Shown here one piece after another: positions 38,877-52,127 of a DNA stretch of 64,000 bases (the stretch's first letter is position 1; every line of letters begins with the position of its first letter). Position numbers and translations under genes: made by a program. The notes below the pieces were generated by a model. That model ran no database searches and was not told where the DNA came from. It saw only the letters and a list, made by a program, of their open reading frames with translations. The DNA comes from Octopus vulgaris (Eukaryota), in the NCBI GenBank assembly GCA_951406725.2, contig OX597818.1, forward strand, positions 48,174,001-48,238,000, in the 5' to 3' direction.

Positions 38877-39169
38877 CAATATTATAGACTTACATAAATG
38901 ATGCAAACACTGCATATTTTTCTTGACTTTGGGAAAGCAGATTGTTGCGAAAGAGCCAAAAGATCCGATAGTAGTCAGTGAACTACGAGTTTGTTCTTGG
39001 CTTGTTTACCTTTCTTTATTCACGAAAGAAATGCAAACGGTGAAAAGAGTAAAAATCCAAAATATGGAATGTTAACCTTTGAGAAAGTTTCTACAATGAA
39101 GGTAAAAAAAGAAAGAAAAGAAAAAACAGAAAAATGACAAAACAGGATTTGACGTCATTGTAAAGTTTC

Positions 39170-40390
39170 TTTCTAAATTTAGCACAAGACCAGCAATTTT
39201 AAGAGGGATTGACGATTACAACGACCTCAATGCTCAACTAATACTATTAACCTATTTCTTTACTAGCCTCAAGGGGCTAAACACAGAGAGGACAAAAAAG
39301 GAGAGACAAACGGATTAAGTCGATTAGATCGACCCCAGTGCATAACTGGTACTTATTTAATCGACCCCTAAAGGATGAAAGGCAAAGTCGACCTTGGCGG
39401 AATTTGAACTCAGAACGTAGCGGCAGACGAAATACCACAAAGCATTTCGCCCGGCGTGCTAACGTTTCTGCCAGCTCGCCGCCTTAACTTATTTTATTAA
39501 ACCCGAAAGCATGAAAGGTAAAGTCGACCTCGGCAGTTTTAGAACTCAGGACGTAAAACTGGAAGAAATGCCTCTGAGCATTTTGCCTGGTGCTCTAACG
39601 ATTCTGCCAGCTCGCCGCCTAATGATTCTTTCAGAATCGTTAGCACGACGGGCAAAATGCCATCTTTATGTTCGGAGTTCAAATTCCGCCGAGGTCGACT
39701 TTACCTTTCATCCTTCCGGGGTCGATAAAATAAGCACCAGTGAAGCACTAAGGTCTATATAATTGACAGGGCCCCTCCCGCTAAATTTCAGGCCCTGGGG
39801 CTGTAGTAGGAAGGATTATTTATGAAGTTAAAGGTAGCGAGCTGGCAGAACAGTTTTCACGCCGGATAAAATGCTTAGCGGCATTTCCTTCGGCTCTCTA
39901 CGTTTTGAGTTCAAATTCTGCTGAGGTCAACTTTGTCATTCATCCTTTCGGGGTCAATAAATTAAGTACCAGTTACGCACTGGGGTCGATGTAATCGACT
40001 TAATCCCTTTGTCTGTCCTTGTTTGTCCCCTCTATGTTTAGCCCCTTGTGGGCAATAAAGAAATAAGAATAGTTTTCACGCCGGATAAAATGCTTAGCGG
40101 CATTTCTTTCGGCTCTCTACGTTTTGAGTTCAAATTCCGCTGAGGTCAACTTTGTCTTTCATCCTTTTGAGGTTGATAAAATAAGTACCAGTTGCATACT
40201 GGGGTCGATGTAATCGACTTATCGTCTTCCTTCAGAATTGCAGGCATTTTACCAAAATTTGACAGCAATACTTAGGAAGTTCACGGTGGCGAGCTGGCGG
40301 AATTGTTAGGGTGTGAGAAAATATGCAAGGGGTCAATGTAATCGACTTACCCCATCCCTTCAAAATTGTTGAGCAAAAGCTTGAAACAAT
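39170..40390. mobile_element. Cluster of SINE family B copies in both orientations
   Basis: Repeated GTCGAC/CATCCTTTCGGGGTCGAT cores, minus strand to ~39620 and plus strand after. Confidence 0.8.
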
Positions 40391-40755
40391 TATTTAGTAA
40401 GTTGTTGTTGCTGTTGATGATGATTGCTCTTGCTATTGCTGTTGTTGTTGTTGGGAGAAATGATATGAATATATTCTGAGAATGCTGGTTTCTTTCATAT
40501 ATACGAAGGATGAATATTTGTTACATTCTAAACTATAAAGAGAGGTTATTTGCGTGATCGCTAGCTATATCTCTGAGCAGTGTTGATGACCTATCTTCTA
40601 TTGACTTCTCGCATTATGATTAGAACGGATTTTAAGTATACATACACTTAAAAACAAGTTATATCCAACATATTTGTTGATATATAAGTCTATAAGGAGG
40701 GGATGTTATAAGATCTCCATTCAAAAATCAAATACAATCGCCCGTGTTGTATCAG

Positions 40756-41448
40756 CAGTGGCGGCTCGTGTATAAGAACTGCGGAACTGCAGCACCCCCT
40801 ATTTCCACTTGATATTATCAATAACATTCAATAAAATGAGTCCTTTTTTTCTTTAATCCTTTAATCTTTACTTGTACATTATATAATCCTTAAGCTTAAT
40901 GTCAGTAGTCATCCCTTAGTTTATGAAAAAATACAGAAGTCCTCGTATAGAACTGTGCACTTCACAGTTCCAGCGACGCAGTATTTGGCTGTTGTGCGCA
41001 TGCTCACATGTCCGAGATAGGTAGCTTCACACTAGGGAGAGAAAGCACTGCGTGAACGACAGTGCTGGTGAAAGGCAGTGTTTCTTTTTGATTCCACGTG
41101 TGTTGTGCTTAAAAACGTATTTATATTCTTGAATGTGAGAGAGTGTAGAATTAGATTATTATCCTGCTTCCAGCTTCAGTGTTGCTGCCAGGATCTGAAA
41201 AATAGGGCATATCCCCCGCCTCCTATTTTGTGATTTAGGGTGTATTTTTGAAAAACAAGGGGGAATTCGCGGCGGTGTTCAGTGTACAAATCAAACAAAC
41301 TACTCGGCAGTGGCTGAAACGCGAACCGATAAAGTTTATGTATAAAATTTCTTTTTATATATTTGTTTCCTTTTACACAATATTAAAACAATGTCTAAAA
41401 ATTTTCTGAAACAGCTCCCCAACTAATTTTATCTACGCGCCGCTACTG
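40756..41448. mobile_element. Probable hAT-type non-autonomous element
   Basis: CAGTGGCGGCTCGT ... ACGCGCCGCTACTG TIRs. No clear TSD. Confidence 0.55.
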
Positions 41449-42419
41449 GTGGCAAAACAGATTTATTGAAATCAAAAGCTTTCAACATCAACTGTATAGC
41501 AAACCGACTGACACAATATTGGTTCTAAGTTTTGACACAGGACCAACAATTTCGGTGGGTGGGGGATAAGTCGATTATATTGACCCCAGTGCTCGACTGG
41601 TACTTATTTTATCAACTCCGAAAGAATAAAAGGCAAAGTCGCTCTCGGAGGCATTTGAACTCAGAACATAAAGATAGACTAAGCATTTTGCCCGGCGTGA
41701 TAACGATTCTGCCTGCTGTCCCCTTGAAAATGAAGCATAATATTGATTTTTAAAAAATTTTATCCTTTTTTTGTACATTGGCAGTTTATTTGTGTCAGTG
41801 GTCAATAAAATAGGGCGACTAAATCGACCCCAATACTTAACTGATATTTTATTTTATCGACTCTATTACTCTTTTACTTGTTTCAGTCATTTAACTGTGG
41901 CCATGCTGGAGCACCGCCTTTAGTCGAGCAAATCGACCCCAGAACTTATTCTTTGTAAGCCTAGTACTAATTCTATCGGTCTCTTTTGCCGAACCGCTAT
42001 GTTACGGGGACGTAAACACACCAGCATCGGTTGTCAAGCGATATTGAGGGGACAAACACAGACACAGAAACATATACACATACGTATATATATATATACA
42101 TACATATATACGACGGGCTTCTTTCAGTTTCCGTCAACCAGATCCACTCACAAGGCTTTGGTTGGCCCAAGGCTATAGTAGAAGACACTTGCCCAAGGTG
42201 CCACGCAGTGGGACTGAACCCGGAACCATGTGGTTCGTAAGCAAGCTACTTATCACACAGCCACTCCTACGACCATGAGAAAATTTAAAAAGCAGCATAA
42301 TATTAGTCTAAAAAAATATTAGCGGAAAATGTTGAGGAAGCTAAAATTTCGACGGAAAACGTCGAGGAAGTTAAAGTTTTGTCGATGACAAATAGTTTCT
42401 CTAACACCGCAAAAGGTAA

Positions 42420-43245
42420 CCTTGCAAGTGCGATATTCTCAGGGGACTGGATTGATGCCCGGCCTGTGGTCAACATTGACGGTCTATTCAGTCTGGATAA
42501 GCTCCGCATCTCCATTGCACTCAAAGTGGAAGCCGACGTCAATTGAATACTGAGATGTTGCTGCGATAAGCCCCTCGACTTCACAGGCCTTCATGGTTTG
42601 TCTTGTGGACTAAACTGCTGCTCGTTTCGCTCATCACACCGAGCTAAACCTAACCATTCAGCGGGCCCTGGCTCGGGTTAATATCCTTTCTGTTCTGAAT
42701 CCCGCAGGATTATCCGGAAATGATGGGAAGAGACCAGATGGTCTTACCCTTTATCCCTGAGTAAGAATTAGGTACCTCCTTTCGGGGTCGATTAAATAAG
42801 TACCAGTTACGCACTGGGGTCGATATAATCGACTTAATCCGTTTGTCTGTCTTTGTTTGTCCCCTCTATGCGTAGCCCCTTGTGGGCAGTAAAGAAATAA
42901 GAACTAGGTACCTCATCTGCGACGCCATAGTCAGTGACTCCTTTACTCCTCCCCACATCCTGGATACTGCGGTAAATGGGAGGATCATTGCTTCCGTTGA
43001 CGAACGGAACAAAATCCTTAAGCATCTGACATGTCCGAGAGCTATTTTTCTTCCAGCCTGTGGCGTTTGAGACGTTTGGAGGGGCCGGGCCGCTGGCAGC
43101 GAAGTTCATGTCATCATTAGCGGCTTGTCTCACAGAGGTGTCAGGCGATGCCCGTGAGAGTGCTTGGCTGTTCCAACGCCTTAGCCTCGCCATCGCCCGC
43201 GGTAATGCCGCGAGCGTGTTGGCTTGCTTCAGTAGGTTCTATTGA
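42420..43245 (+). pseudogene. CRE-clade non-LTR retrotransposon 3' ORF remnant (zinc knuckle + restriction-like endonuclease)
   Basis: SGDWIDARP...LRISIALK; C.C.......GLHGLSC; HTELNLTIQRAL; DGKRPDGLTLYP*; LICDAIVSDSF; FQPVAFETFG...WLFQRLSLAIARGNAASVL. Interrupted by a SINE-B fragment at 42779-42904 with TSD TAGGTACCTC. Confidence 0.85.
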
Positions 43246-43526
43246 ACTTGTTGTGATGCGCGACCGAGTATTGAATTGATATTCTTTTTTCTTCTTCTTT
43301 CTTCCTGTAAATTATGCATAAAAAAGAGCGATGCGACAGAGTTGTGAGACGAGAACATAAGATGCATAAAATATGTGGATGGGATGATTCTTTGGTAATG
43401 TAATGTTAACCTTGGGAAACAGGGCATAAATAGGCCGAGATGAGGGTATTAGATGTATAAAATATGTAGCAAACAGGAGAATGGAGAAGGAAGGAATGAA
43501 GGAAGGAAGGAAGGAAAGAAGGACGG

Positions 43527-43548
43527 AGTAGTAGTAGTGGTGGTAGTG

Positions 43549-43616
<68 letters not shown>

Positions 43617-43686
43617 GGTGGTGGTGGTGGTGGTGGTGGTGGTGGTTGTAGTTGTAGTAGTGGTGGTTGTAGTTGTAGTAGTGGTT

Positions 43687-43729
<43 letters not shown>

Positions 43730-43854
43730 CGGTGGTGGTGGTGGTGGTGGTGGTGGTGGTGGTTGTAGTTGTAGTAGTGGTGGTTGTAGTTGTAGTAGTG
43801 GTGGTTGTAGTTGTAGTAGTGGTTGTAGTAGTAGCAGTAGTAGTAGCAGTGGTT

Positions 43855-43922
<68 letters not shown>

Positions 43923-43923
43923 T

Positions 43924-43955
<32 letters not shown>

Positions 43956-44028
43956 TGTAGTAGTAGCAGTTGGTAGTAGTAGTGGTTGTTGTAGTAGTGG
44001 TACTAGTAGTAGTAGTAGTAGTAGTAGT
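43527..44028. repeat. (GTA/GTG/GTT)n microsatellite
   Basis: Direct reading. Source of the poly-V/T/Y pseudo-ORFs. Confidence 0.95.
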
Positions 44029-44424
44029 CTTGCTAAGACCCCCAAATCTCTTCATAACAAACCACAATAAACTACAAAGAGCACACACATAACAGTACAC
44101 TACATATCCATAACAGGGTGTATAACACCCTAACCATACTAACCGCGCCATATCGGGTAAACGATATATATATTTTAAAAAATACAAAAAAAAAATAATA
44201 AAAGACCGTCTTGGATAATGATGAACGCCGTACCAGAGGTAAAACGGGTTGGGGCTTTCTACGATAACAAACCATCGAATGAGTCCGATCTCATTTCAAT
44301 TACTCTATTCAACTTCCTGGTTTATTTTCCTCGTCGAATTTCTAGCCTCACTAAATAGAATATGACTCATGCAATCATCGGTTTGGGTTACATGATACAA
44401 ATATCCAACGATAGGAGTGTTTAA

Positions 44425-44564
44425 CCCTTTCGTTACCGACCTGGCTGAAACCGGCTCTGGCTCTGTAGTACAAATGTCTTGTTTTCATAAGTTTTGAATT
44501 AAAATCTTCCACCAAGCCTTAGTCATAATTTATGTTCTTGACGGAAACTGAAAGAAGCCTGTCG

Positions 44565-44599
<35 letters not shown>

Positions 44600-44740
44600 A
44601 TGTTTGTGTGTCTGTGTTTGTCCCCCTAGCATTGCTTGACAACCGATGCTGGTGTGTTTACGTCCCCGTCACTTAGCGGTTCGGCAAAAGAAATTGAATG
44701 AAACACAGAGCATCTCAAAATAAATACAGTAATGAAAGGG
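44425..44740. mobile_element. piggyBac-type MITE with an internal SINE-A fragment
   Basis: TTAA|CCCTTTCGTTAC ... GTAATGAAAGGG|TTAA. SINE-A middle at ~44539-44692. Confidence 0.8.
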
Positions 44741-44981
44741 TTAAACTATATCTTTTCCTTTTCTTTTTGTTTGTTTTTATATAATGTTTTTGGTCGCTCG
44801 TATCTTGTTTGCAATTTGATGTTGATTGGGAATTGATTAGTTTTCAAATTCGTGGTAATTAAACACGGATCCGTCTTTAAACCAGTTTAGAAATATAGAA
44901 TCCATCCGTACTTGTTGTATATAAGCCATCTGCACTTGTGGGAACCTGTTATACTTATGGAATATGGGAATTAGGTGTGCA

Positions 44982-45315
44982 TGTAGAAGCCAGACGAACC
45001 CGTTCGTTGTAGAAACCAGATGAATCTGTTCGTTGTAGAAGCCAGGTGAACCCGTTCGTTGTAGAAACCAGATGAACCCGTTCGTTGTAGAAACCAGATG
45101 AACCCGTTCGTTGTAGACGCCAGATGAACCTGTTCGTTGTAGAAGCTAGATGAATCCGTTCGTTGTAGAAGCCAGATGAATCCGTTCGTTGTAGACGCCA
45201 GGTGAACCCGTTCGTTGTAGAAGCCAGATGAACCCGTTCGTTGTAGAAGCTAGATGAACCTGTTCGTTGTAGAAGCCAGATAAATTCGTTGTTGAAACTA
45301 GATGAATTCGTTGTA
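44982..45315. repeat. 26-bp minisatellite, about 13 units
   Basis: Unit GTAGAAGCCAGATGAACCCGTTCGTT repeated head-to-tail with no spacers. Confidence 0.92.
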
Positions 45316-45931
45316 AAAACTAGCTGAACTGATTGTCTCGGAATGAGAGGGTGTCGTACTCCATTGTCCCAAACAGCCTTCAAAATCCCTTAAAAGGAAC
45401 GGTGATTCGATTTCCTTACAGAGTGATGTCCTACCTGCTCGCGAAATAAACATTTTTTCTTCAAAGTCTCTGGACATAGAAATTTACTAAAAGTATTAAT
45501 TGAAAAAATAACAAAAATAGTTCGACTCAAGATTTCTGGACACAACCTGCCTTCTAAATTGTACATAGTTTTGTATGTGTGCAGTATAAGAGTCAGAACA
45601 AATATATTTATACAAATCTTGACTAAACTCAATGAAACAAACATGGAAAAAATATTTTTACACTTTAATTTTTTTAATTTTCTTTTACAAAAGTTTTAAA
45701 GTTATTTTAAAGTTGTGAAAGGCTAAATAATAATAATCCTTTCTAGTATAGGAACAAGGCCTGGAATTTGGGGGGAGCAGAATGGTTGATTGCATCGATA
45801 CCGGTGTTCAATTGGTGCTTATTTCATCACCCCCGAAAGGATGAAAGACAAAGTCGACCTCGGCGGAATTTGAACTCAGAACATAGCGACGGGCGAAATA
45901 CCGCGCACTAACGATTCTACCAGCATACCAC

Positions 45932-45991
<60 letters not shown>

Positions 45992-46752
45992 CCTTTCTAC
46001 TTAAGGCACAAGGCCTGAAATTTTGTGGGAGGGGACTAGTCGATTACATCGACCCCAGTGTTTCACTGGTACTTGATTTATGGACCTCGAAAGGATAAAA
46101 GGCAAAGTCGACCTCGGTGGCATTTGAAATCAGAAGGTAAAAACGGACGAAATGGTGCTAAGCATTTTGCCCGGGGTACCAAAGATTCTTCCAGCTCGCC
46201 ACCTTAATAATAATAATAATAATAATGATAATAAAGTCAGAGAGAAGGTAAAATCCTTGCAATCTCGCCCCAAATTTAATTCTGTCCCTTTGTCTGCTTC
46301 AAACACACACACACACACACACAAAGGGATTACGTTCGAGGTTTGTTACAGGTTAACATATTTTTAGTATTCGAAACCAAGGTTATAGAAATATCTTACA
46401 ATTGCCATGTTGTCGCCCGAGGTGTTTCAGTGCCATTTAAAAGCATACATCGTTCGTAGAATGTCAATGCTTCTTAATGTCAACGGTATGGACGAAGTTA
46501 GCAATACTCCAGTTGTTGGTTAGTTTAAATTGTAAACTGCTTGTGACAATGACATTTGCAAGCAATATTTTCATTGAAATTGTTTACTGAAGATTTATTG
46601 CAATTTGCTTTCTCTTTAAGATTGTCGACGTTTTCTGGGTTTGTGGTCTTATGACATTTATCAAAATATAGCTGTTCTATTAGTCCAGTTGACTTTCCTT
46701 TGTGACTGTATGTTAGACTATTGCCGACTTCTGACAGTTATTTATTTATCTA

Positions 46753-47154
46753 CTAGCAGTATCGCCCGGCGTTGCTCGGGTTTGTTTTCTTTTCGACCCT
46801 TTAGAATTGGAATTTTTGGAAAGTAAAAGTTTTGCATTATGTAACTTGTTATTCTCTTTAAGTAAACATTTTTCTAGTTGAAATACACCGAAAAATGGCG
46901 ACACAGCAGTCAAAAAATCGTAAAAAATAGGGATTTTCATAGAAAAAAAAAGCGCCTTTTTGATGTAAATAATTTTTGGTGTTAACATGGTCCGATTTGA
47001 ATTTTTTCTTCTACGGAAAGAAGAGCAAGCCTTTTTCTATCATACTCTCAATTTTGGTCAACTTGCACCGCAGGGTCTCGGAGAAGATAGTGTTAATTGA
47101 AGGCTACCAAACCTGCCACACACACAGACAACTTCAGCTTTATATATAGAGAGA
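46753..47154 (-). mobile_element. Non-autonomous Helitron
   Basis: On the minus strand: A|TCTCTCTATATATA 5' end, subterminal hairpin CCCGAGCAACGCCGGG, and CTAG|T 3' end. Inserted in an AT dinucleotide with no TSD. Confidence 0.88.
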
Positions 47155-47339
47155 TTTACTTATCTTACTCGACATAGTCAAATTACGTGAGTCGCAGTGA
47201 CTTGCACCATGTACAATCATAGCTCCTTTTCGGCACTTTCTATCATTTAAAAAAATATGTACCTCTCATTTGAGGATATATTACTGGCAATCATAAGCAA
47301 TTTGGCATTACTTATGTTCTCCTACAAATACTTCGACAG

Positions 47340-47512
47340 AGGCGCAGGAGTGGCTGTGTGGTAAGTAGCTTGCTAACCAACCACACGGTTCCGGGTTCAG
47401 TCCCACTGCGTGGCATCTTGGGCAAGTGTCTTCTGCTATAGCCTCGGGCCGACCAAAGCCTTCTGAGTGGATTTGGAAAGAAGGAAACTGAAAGAAGCCT
47501 GTCGTATATATG

Positions 47513-47572
<60 letters not shown>

Positions 47573-47775
47573 TGTGTCTGTGTTTGACAACCGATGCTGG
47601 TGTGTTTACGTCCCCGTCACTTAGCGGTTCGGCAAAAGAGACCGATAGAATAAGTACTGGGCTTACAAAAGAATAAGTCCCGGGGTCGATTTGCTCGACT
47701 AAAGGCGATGCTCCAGCATGGCCGCAGTCAAATGACTGAAACAAGTAAAAAGAAAAAGAAAGAAGAAAAAGAAAG
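47340..47775 (+). mobile_element. SINE family A
   Basis: Full copy starting GGCGCAGGAGTGGCTGTGTGG. Confidence 0.85.
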
Positions 47776-48706
47776 AAGACTCTATTTTCGGGTCTTTGTC
47801 AAAGCTTAGCTGTTACAACCTTCTTACTTTTCCTTCTTTCTCTTTTTCTTTTCCCTTCGTTCCCCTTCGTTCTAAACCGGTATCTACTCGTTCACTCATC
47901 CTATTCAACTGCTTCCATGGTTTACGTAATCATCAGGCTAGATCACATGGTTCAACAAGTATATATCAAACTTCCCTTCTTGCATTTCCGTGTGATCTTT
48001 CGTTTTTAGAATTTTGTTTGGTTGTCTAGTTAGCCTATGGTTGTTTCGTGTATGTGTAAACATGTGAAGGATAGATTAGCATAACCCTTGATAACTGAAA
48101 TATATTATACACTAAGGCGAATTGGAGGCGCACAGCTTAGTGGTTAAAGTTGGACTTGCGATCGTAAGATTGTGGTTTCGGTTCCTGGACCGGCGAGCAG
48201 GCAGAAACGTTAGCACGCCGGGCGAAATGCATAGCCGTATTTCGTCTGCCGTTACGTTCTGAGTTCAAATTCCGCCGAGGTTGACTTTGCCTTTCATCCT
48301 TTCGGGATCGATTTAAATAAGTACCAGTTACGCACTGGGGTCGATATAATCGACTTAATCCGTGTGTCTGTCCTTGTTTGTCCTCTCTGTGTTTAGCCCC
48401 TTGTGGGTAGTAAAGAAATAGGTTCCTGGACCGGGCGATGCGTTGTGTTCTTGAGCAAAACACTTCATTTCACGTTGCTCCAGTCCACTCAGTTGGCAAA
48501 AATGAGTAATTCTGTGATGGACCGGATTCGCGTCCAGGAAGGAGTGAATACGCCAGAGAAACCGGGAAGCTCATTACGGAGTAATGTGAAGTAACCCACG
48601 CTAAGGCCAAATGTGGTAGCTGTAAGAATACTGCGTGCTGTAAATGTTATAGAAGAAAGAGTTAGCTGTATGTCGTTCATAGGATGTTTGTCTTGTGTGT
48701 TAGTGT

Positions 48707-48763
<57 letters not shown>

Positions 48764-48971
48764 GCTTACGTTGTTGACTATAATGGTTGTATCTGAGCTA
48801 TACAACAAACTCAAATTAGCCCCTATCGAATCCGCTATTACCTTTTTACCAGCAACGCCGCAAATACAACTGTTACACTCAGCAAGAATTCTAAATTATT
48901 CATGAAGGGTTGCCGTACTCGTTTAAACTGTTTCTCAAGAATATCGAGAAGATATGAGTGTAATGTCATCT

Positions 48972-49336
48972 GTGGAGGCGCAATGGCCCAGTGGTTAGGG
49001 TAGCGGATTCGTGGTCGTAGGATCGCGGTTTCGATTCCCAGACCGAGTAAAAACACCGAAAGCTCCACGAGGCTTCAGCAGGAGGTGGTGGCGAACCCTG
49101 CTGTACTCTTTCACCACAACTTTCTCTCACTCTTACTTCCTGTTTCTGATGTACCTGTATTTCAAAGGGCCGGCCTTGTCACTCTCTGTGTCACGCTGAA
49201 TATCCCCGAGAACTACGTTGAGGGTACACGTGTCTGTGGAGTGCTCAGTCACTTACACGTTAATTTCACGAGCAGGCTGTTCCGTTGGTCGGATCAACCG
49301 GAACCCTCATCGTCGTAACCGACGGAGTGCTACCCC
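48972..49336 (+). mobile_element. tRNA-headed SINE (distinct body) with 10-bp TSD
   Basis: TGGCCCAGTGG A-box, GGTTTCGATTCC B-box, TSD AATGTCATCT at 48962-48971 and 49337-49346. Confidence 0.8.
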
Positions 49337-49989
49337 AATGTCATCTACGTTAGAAGATATATATATATTTTGAGATGTATGTATAAGTTGAAAATAGGTG
49401 AAAGAACAGATCTTTATCGTACTCCAATCAGGAAATTACAAATTTGGGACATGTTGTAAACTGCAAAGGAGAGTTCATAGAAAAGTGTGATAAGTCCAAC
49501 AGCAGTGAATATAAACTAGATCTTATCAAAATTCCCTGTAAACCATCCTATGGAGTTGTTCACACACTGACCATCATCTTTAATTTCGCTAGATTCAGGA
49601 TGTTGCTAAGTACTACAAAATTACTGAAGCCCTCAGAATTTGATCTAGCAATGTAGTAATTCAATCCGTGTAGTGAGTTGGAGAGATAATTGCTGGGTGA
49701 GTCATTGGAGAACTTCTGAACTTGCGACAAAGCTCCGACAACAACAACAACAACAATAATAATTCTTTCGAATTTTGGCACAAGGCCAGCAGTTTTAAAG
49801 GGAAGGATTAGTCGATTAAATCGACTCCAGTACTTAATTGGTGCTTATTTCATTGACCCTGAAAAGATGAAAAGCAAAGTCGACTTCGGCAGAACTTGAA
49901 CTCGGAACATAAAGAGAGACGAAATGTCGCTAAATATTTCGTCCAGCGTGCTAACGATTCTACCAGCTTGCTGCCTTCTTAATAATAAT

Positions 49990-50052
<63 letters not shown>

Positions 50053-50119
50053 CAAGTTAACCTCATCAGTAAAGGAGCTGCCCCTCATCCTTTCGTCCGT
50101 CGAAATAGAATATATATAC

Positions 50120-50200
<81 letters not shown>

Positions 50201-50445
50201 TACATATATGTATTTATTAATAACATAAATACACATGTGATACCACCGTGCTCCAGCATGGCCGCAGTCAAATGACTGAAACAAGTAAAAGAATAGACAC
50301 ATAAAATGTAGATAAATGCCTTTTTTATGTATGTATGTATGTATGTATGTATGTATGTATGTATGTATGTATGTATATGTACGTATATGTATATGTACTC
50401 ACAGAGACATACACATATATGTATGTATTTATATATATATATATG

Positions 50446-50515
<70 letters not shown>

Positions 50516-50656
50516 AATTAGAGAAGAACCACCATGTAGCAATTCAACAATGATATACTTAAATCATACCATATATAAAAAAAAATTAAAGATACGATAA
50601 AACATTTACCTAGAACTAAATTAAGTACGAAATAATAAATAAATAGCATATAATTA

Positions 50657-50746
<90 letters not shown>

Positions 50747-51354
50747 GTAAAAAAATACAAACTGGGACAAGAACGTGAAACATTTAGAAGACGATACAAA
50801 AAACACTGACGGGACATTCGAAGCCTTCAATCTTCAGTCAAGAACCGGATCATCTTCGCAATTTCGGCTGATTAATCTTGAGATTGCTCCGATCTGGCCA
50901 GCCCCAAAGGAAAATCTAAGCCAAGCGCATTAGATTCCTTGGAAGAAAGCCTCGAATGTATACAAAACAAGGACGGAAAAACGGACGATGTTACACGAGT
51001 AAAAATACAAAAATACGTAAAAACAATAATGATAATAATAATAACAACAACAAAAACAGGACATATATGAAGGTAGTATTCAATATGAATATAAACATAC
51101 AACAACAAAAATGACTTCTTCAGCTCTAAAATTAGCCAACGAAGAAGTGAAAAGTTGAATCTACTTACTTGCAGTTACCTCTGCATAAACAACAGATCAG
51201 GCAACAGTCAGCAGGTACTTTTTCTTTCATGCCGATTAGATATATATCTAAGTGTCTTTCTGGGTGTTTGTGAAAGTCAAGAAAACCTATCCGTTGCCAT
51301 GGTGGCAATTACAGTACAAACTACTTAACGTTTTCGTTCCGATTACATCATTCA

Positions 51355-52127
51355 ATATATTTCGTCTGTCTTTACGTTCTGAGTTCGAATTCCGCCGAAG
51401 TCGACTTTGCTTGTCAAGCTTTCGATGTCCATAAATTAAGTACCAGTTGCGTACTGGGGTCGATCTAATCGACTGGCCCCTTCCCCCAAAATTTCAGGTC
51501 TTGTGCCTAGAGTAGAAAAGAATATATTTCGTCTGTCTTTACGTTTTGAGTTCAAATTCCGCCGAGGTCGACTTTGCCTTTCATCCTTCCGAGGTTCATA
51601 AATTAAGTACCAGTTGCATACTGGAGTCGATCTAATCGACTGGTTCCCTCCACGAAAATGTCGGGCCTTGTGCCTAGAGTAGAAAAGAATATATTTCGTC
51701 TGTCTTTACGTTCTGAGTTCAAATTACGCCGAGGTCGACTTTGCCTTTCATCCTTCCGAGGTCCATAAATTAAGTACCAGTTGCATACTGGGGTCGATCT
51801 AATCGACTGGTTCCCTCCACAAAAATGTCGGGCCTTGTGCCTAGAGTAGAAAAGAATATATTTCGTCTGTCTTTACGTTCTGAGTTCAAATTCCGCCGAG
51901 GTCGACTTTGCCTTTCATCCTTTCGCGGTCCATAAATTAAGTACCAGTTGCGTACTGGGGTCGATCTAATCGACTGGGGCACCCTCCCCCAAAATTTCAG
52001 GTCTTGTGCCTAGAGTAGAAAAGAATATATTTCGTCTGTCTTTACGTTCTGAGTTCAAATTCCGCCGAGGTCGACTTTGCCTTTCATCCTTTCGAGGTCC
52101 ATAAATTAAGTACCAGCTGCGTACTGG
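51355..52127 (+). repeat. Headless tandem array (~5 x ~165 bp) of a SINE-B subfamily
   Basis: Units ATATATTTCGTCTGTCTTTACG...CTAGAGTAGAAAAGA sharing private variants (GGTCCATAAATT). Confidence 0.88.

Noticed and set aside
44982-45315. CRISPR-like repeat array
   Set aside because: Units are contiguous with no unique spacers, there are no cas genes, and the context is eukaryotic.
47340-47415. tRNA genes at SINE heads (also 8271, 48975, 25895)
   Set aside because: A and B boxes are present but run directly into SINE bodies with no complete acceptor stem or terminator. They are tRNA-derived heads.
49390-49740. Non-repetitive stretch with ~70-aa ORFs on both strands
   Set aside because: No recognisable protein similarity or convincing splice sites.
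50808-50910. CTGAAGA...TTCGAA on the minus strand of the repeat family at 4520/27850/50755/57821 as a hammerhead
   Set aside because: GAA is followed by U rather than A15.1, and I could not form stem I and stem III consistently across copies.
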